The notes under the pieces were generated by a model. It was not told the origin of the DNA. It searched no databases and saw nothing but the letters and a program-made list of their open reading frames with translations. A stretch of DNA of 64,000 nt from Prochlorococcus sp. AG-347-L20 (GTDB lineage: Bacteria; Cyanobacteriota; Cyanobacteriia; PCC-6307; Cyanobiaceae). The position numbers were made by a program, and so were the translations under genes. The number at the start of each line of letters is the position of its first letter. Position 1 is the stretch's first letter. The stretch spans positions 354-64,353 of the forward strand of contig QCCP01000011.1 in assembly GCA_003281225.1 (NCBI GenBank), written 5' to 3'. Positions 61,211 to 64,000 of the stretch are shown here, one piece after another.

Positions 61211-62212
61211 TTAGTTAGCAGAAATCAATTTATGATTTTTAATCTCTGAATATCTCTTTAGTAGGATCTCTTCCAATTCTTCTATAGCCTTACTGAATCC
61301 AGTAATACCTTCACTAAGCTTTTCACTTGCCATTTGATCTTCTAACATACTTAATCTGAAATCTTTTTCTTCAAATTCATAGTCAATAGAATTATTTATT
61401 TGGGTACTTACATCTAATTTCCTAACTAACTCTCCTTTTTCTTTTTTCAGTTCCTCAAGAAATTTTGGTGCGATTGTTAAAAGATCGCAACCTGCTAATT
61501 CTTTTATTTCATCAAGATTTCTAAAACTCGCTCCCATTACTTCTGTCTTGAATCCCTTTTCTTTAAAGTATTTGTAAATTTGTGTAACCGAAATAACCCC
61601 AGGGTCTTCAGCACCAACAAAACTAGTTTTACCAGTTTTTGCTTTATGCCAATCTAATATGCGACCAACAAACGGAGAAATTAGAGTAATCTTGGCATTG
61701 GCGCAAGCTACAGCTTGGCAGAAGTTAAAAAGTAAAGTCAAGTTGCACTTAATACCCTCTTTTTCCAAAATTTCAGCTGCCTTAATTCCTTCCCAAGTTG
61801 CGGCAATCTTAATCAAAATTCTTTCCCTTTCAATTCCAAAATTTTTGTAAAGATTAATCAATTTTCTCGCTTTTTCTACCGTAGCTTCAGTTTCAAAGCT
61901 CAGTCTCGCATCAACTTCTGTAGATACACGCCCTGAAATAATTTTCAAAATTTCTTTTCCAAAAAATACTGAAACTTGGTCAACAGTTTCTTTAATTAAT
62001 TCAATTTCAGAGAATCCTTGTGGCAATGCATTTTCTGCACTTTCTAAAGCTTTATCAATTAATTTCACATAATCAGGGTTCTTAGCAGCAGCAAGTATTA
62101 GCGATGGATTGGTGGTTGCGTCCCTTGGTTGAAATTTTTTTATCGAATCTAAATCTCCAGTATCAGCAACAACAACGGTCATTGAGGACAATTGTTCTAA
62201 AATTGATTTCAT
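61211..62212 (-). CDS. tal: transaldolase
   Basis: 333 aa with [14 protein letters not shown] and the Schiff-base lysine region [10 protein letters not shown]. Confidence 0.93.
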   Translation of the reverse strand: MKSILEQLSSMTVVVADTGDLDSIKKFQPRDATTNPSLILAAAKNPDYVKLIDKALESAENALPQGFSEIELIKETVDQVSVFFGKEILKIISGRVSTEVDARLSFETEATVEKARKLINLYKNFGIERERILIKIAATWEGIKAAEILEKEGIKCNLTLLFNFCQAVACANAKITLISPFVGRILDWHKAKTGKTSFVGAEDPGVISVTQIYKYFKEKGFKTEVMGASFRNLDEIKELAGCDLLTIAPKFLEELKKEKGELVRKLDVSTQINNSIDYEFEEKDFRLSMLEDQMASEKLSEGITGFSKAIEELEEILLKRYSEIKNHKLISAN

Positions 62213-62224
62213 ATCTAGGTAAAC

Positions 62225-62239
62225 ATATATATATATATA
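62225..62239. repeat. (AT)7 dinucleotide microsatellite 13-27 nt upstream of the tal start
   Basis: ATATATATATATATA read directly at 62225-62239. Confidence 0.85.
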
Positions 62240-62304
62240 AACTAGCTTTTATTTCTAATGAAATCATCAAATCATGAACTAAATATTTATAGATTTGAAA
62301 AATT

Positions 62305-64000
62305 TTAGGGTTTTTTAACAATCATTGTATGATCTTTAATCTTGGGAGGTATTTTTTCAATTACTATCAAACTCTCGATAATTTCTTTCGCAACTGGTAC
62401 AGCAACAGTTGAACCATATGCATATGATTTAGATGGCTCATCTACGACTACAAGGACAGCATATTTCGGAGCATTAACTGGTAAGGTCGCCACGAAACTG
62501 CAAACTTTTTTACTTGTATAAGAACCATTTAAGGCTTTTAGAGAAGTTCCCGTTTTCCCAGCTATTCTATAACCCTCGATTTTTACTCCAGATCCACTAC
62601 CTTTATCAACTACGCTCTCCATCCATTCAAGAACTGTTTTAGAGACCTCGTGAGAAAAAAATTGTTTTTTTGGATTTTTATTAACTCTTTCTTTGAAAGT
62701 TGAAGTTACATGAGGAGTTACTTCAAAACCCCCATTTGCTATAGCCGCATGAAGTTGAACCAATTTAAGTGGCGAGATTGAGAAACCTTTACCAAAAGAA
62801 GTAACCGCAGGCTCAATTGATTGATTTACAAATAAATCTTTTCTCTTTAGTTGGCCAGCAGTTGATTCGAATAAGTCAGTCTCTAAATTTTTATTTATAC
62901 CTAAATTTTTTAGCCAATCCCAATAAATTGTGGGATCTAAATTTTGCATTATTTTTACCATCCCAACATTACTTGAAACCTGCAAAACTTTTGGATAGTC
63001 AATGTATCCATTACCTTTCTTATCCCAATTAGAAAGTGTCCATCCTCCAACATTAATTTTTCCAATATCTTCAACTACTCCATCTTTCTGGATTACTTTT
63101 TCTTCTAAAGCTAAAGCAAGATTAATAGGTTTAAAAGTTGAACCAGGCTCAAACAAATCTTGAGAATACCAACCCCTAAAGAGTCCAGAATCATACTGCC
63201 AAAATTTATTTGGATCATACGACGGGACTGTAACTAAGGAGAGAATCCGACCGTTATTAACATCCATAACTATGGCAAATCCCTTCTTTGCTTCCCATTT
63301 GCTTACTTGCTTTGATAGAGCATTGAATGACGCTTTCTGTAATTTTGAATCTATAGTAAGGCCTAAACTTTTATAGTCAGAAATAAAATCGCCTGGGGCT
63401 GAATTATCCGGTAGAGGAGTTCCATCTCCTCCTCTTTTTATTAAATTACTTTTATTAAAGACTTTAATTTGATTATCTAAATAAAGCTCTAATCCTGCTG
63501 AAGCTATATTCTCATCATTAACAAAACCGACAAGATTAGAGTAAAGCTCCCCTTGTGGATAATATCTCTGCGAATATTTAAACAAATCAAGTCCGCTTAT
63601 TTGAAGGTTTTTAATCTTTTCTGCCTTTTCTTCTGAAATTTTATCCAAAAGCTTGATACCACTCATTTTATTATTAAATTTACTCAAGAGTATTGCACCA
63701 TTTATATCCAAGATAGGGGACAATTTTTCTATAACTTCTTCAATACTGCGAACTCTGTTAATTGAATCACCAGGAAAATTAAAATATTTTGGATGGGCCC
63801 ATAATTTATAGAGCGTTTTGTCGTAAGCAATTAGCCTATTATTTCTATCAACAATCGCTCTCCTTTTTTTTAAGGCGTTAGTTTTAGAAGACTGTATTAA
63901 TCTAGCTTTCCTTTGCAAATCAGAGGCGTTAAACACTTGCAATTTAACTAACCTTCCAAACAAACAAAATATTAATAGTAAGCTAAAAATATAGATAAAT
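62305..64000 (-). CDS. ftsI: penicillin-binding protein 3-type transpeptidase (FtsI), 5'-partial at window edge
   Basis: It has SxxK (GSTFKP), SxN (SSNVG) and KTG (GKTGTS) motifs. The frame stays open past the ORF-track TTG (63963) into a hydrophobic anchor (FIYIFSLLLIFC), so the start lies beyond position 64000. Confidence 0.85.
   Translation of the reverse strand, partial: FIYIFSLLLIFCLFGRLVKLQVFNASDLQRKARLIQSSKTNALKKRRAIVDRNNRLIAYDKTLYKLWAHPKYFNFPGDSINRVRSIEEVIEKLSPILDINGAILLSKFNNKMSGIKLLDKISEEKAEKIKNLQISGLDLFKYSQRYYPQGELYSNLVGFVNDENIASAGLELYLDNQIKVFNKSNLIKRGGDGTPLPDNSAPGDFISDYKSLGLTIDSKLQKASFNALSKQVSKWEAKKGFAIVMDVNNGRILSLVTVPSYDPNKFWQYDSGLFRGWYSQDLFEPGSTFKPINLALALEEKVIQKDGVVEDIGKINVGGWTLSNWDKKGNGYIDYPKVLQVSSNVGMVKIMQNLDPTIYWDWLKNLGINKNLETDLFESTAGQLKRKDLFVNQSIEPAVTSFGKGFSISPLKLVQLHAAIANGGFEVTPHVTSTFKERVNKNPKKQFFSHEVSKTVLEWMESVVDKGSGSGVKIEGYRIAGKTGTSLKALNGSYTSKKVCSFVATLPVNAPKYAVLVVVDEPSKSYAYGSTVAVPVAKEIIESLIVIEKIPPKIKDHTMIVKKP

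Overview
The window is AT-rich and very tightly packed, with many abutting or overlapping genes. Its gene content and order fit a high-light-adapted Prochlorococcus marinus-type cyanobacterial chromosome; this is inferred from gene content, not from a database search. I support about 65 protein genes, one tRNA-Leu(UAA), and one short gene missing from the ORF track (psaM-like). I see no rRNA, CRISPR array, transposase or prophage. The centrepiece is a complete alpha-carboxysome locus at 27.2-35.9 kb: csoS1, cbbL, cbbS, csoS2, csoSCA, csoS4A, csoS4B, a pterin-dehydratase-like acRAF, and the satellite shell gene csoS1D. It sits next to both protochlorophyllide reductases (chlN-chlB-chlL and por). 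Further on is the alkane module ado-aar, linked to accA, an SDR and folE. The rest is housekeeping: glgB, hemE, petE, clpB, hisIE, trpA, ndhL, pyrC, gor, dnaA, hisG, gloB, trpF, ilvB, hemH, cobO, pyrH, frr, tal and ftsI. All of the large systems are already known biology. The unexplained signals I would look at again are: (1) a duplicated 14-mer plus a GC-rich alternative-pairing element in the csoS1/rdgB divergent intergenic region; (2) a perfect 28-nt palindrome followed by a T-run between cbbS and csoS2; (3) an 11-bp helical-period tandem repeat and an NtcA-like site upstream of a sigma factor that heads a three-gene unit; (4) a DUF2064 plus GT2 glycosyltransferase pair with no visible partner enzyme; (5) a lone tyrosine recombinase among core genes; (6) an excisionase-type HTH protein divergent from csoS1D; (7) a PgeF/YfiH-like gene whose conserved N-terminus has no canonical start codon. 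Many ORF-track starts are the most distal TTG or GTG, so 5' ends are approximate.
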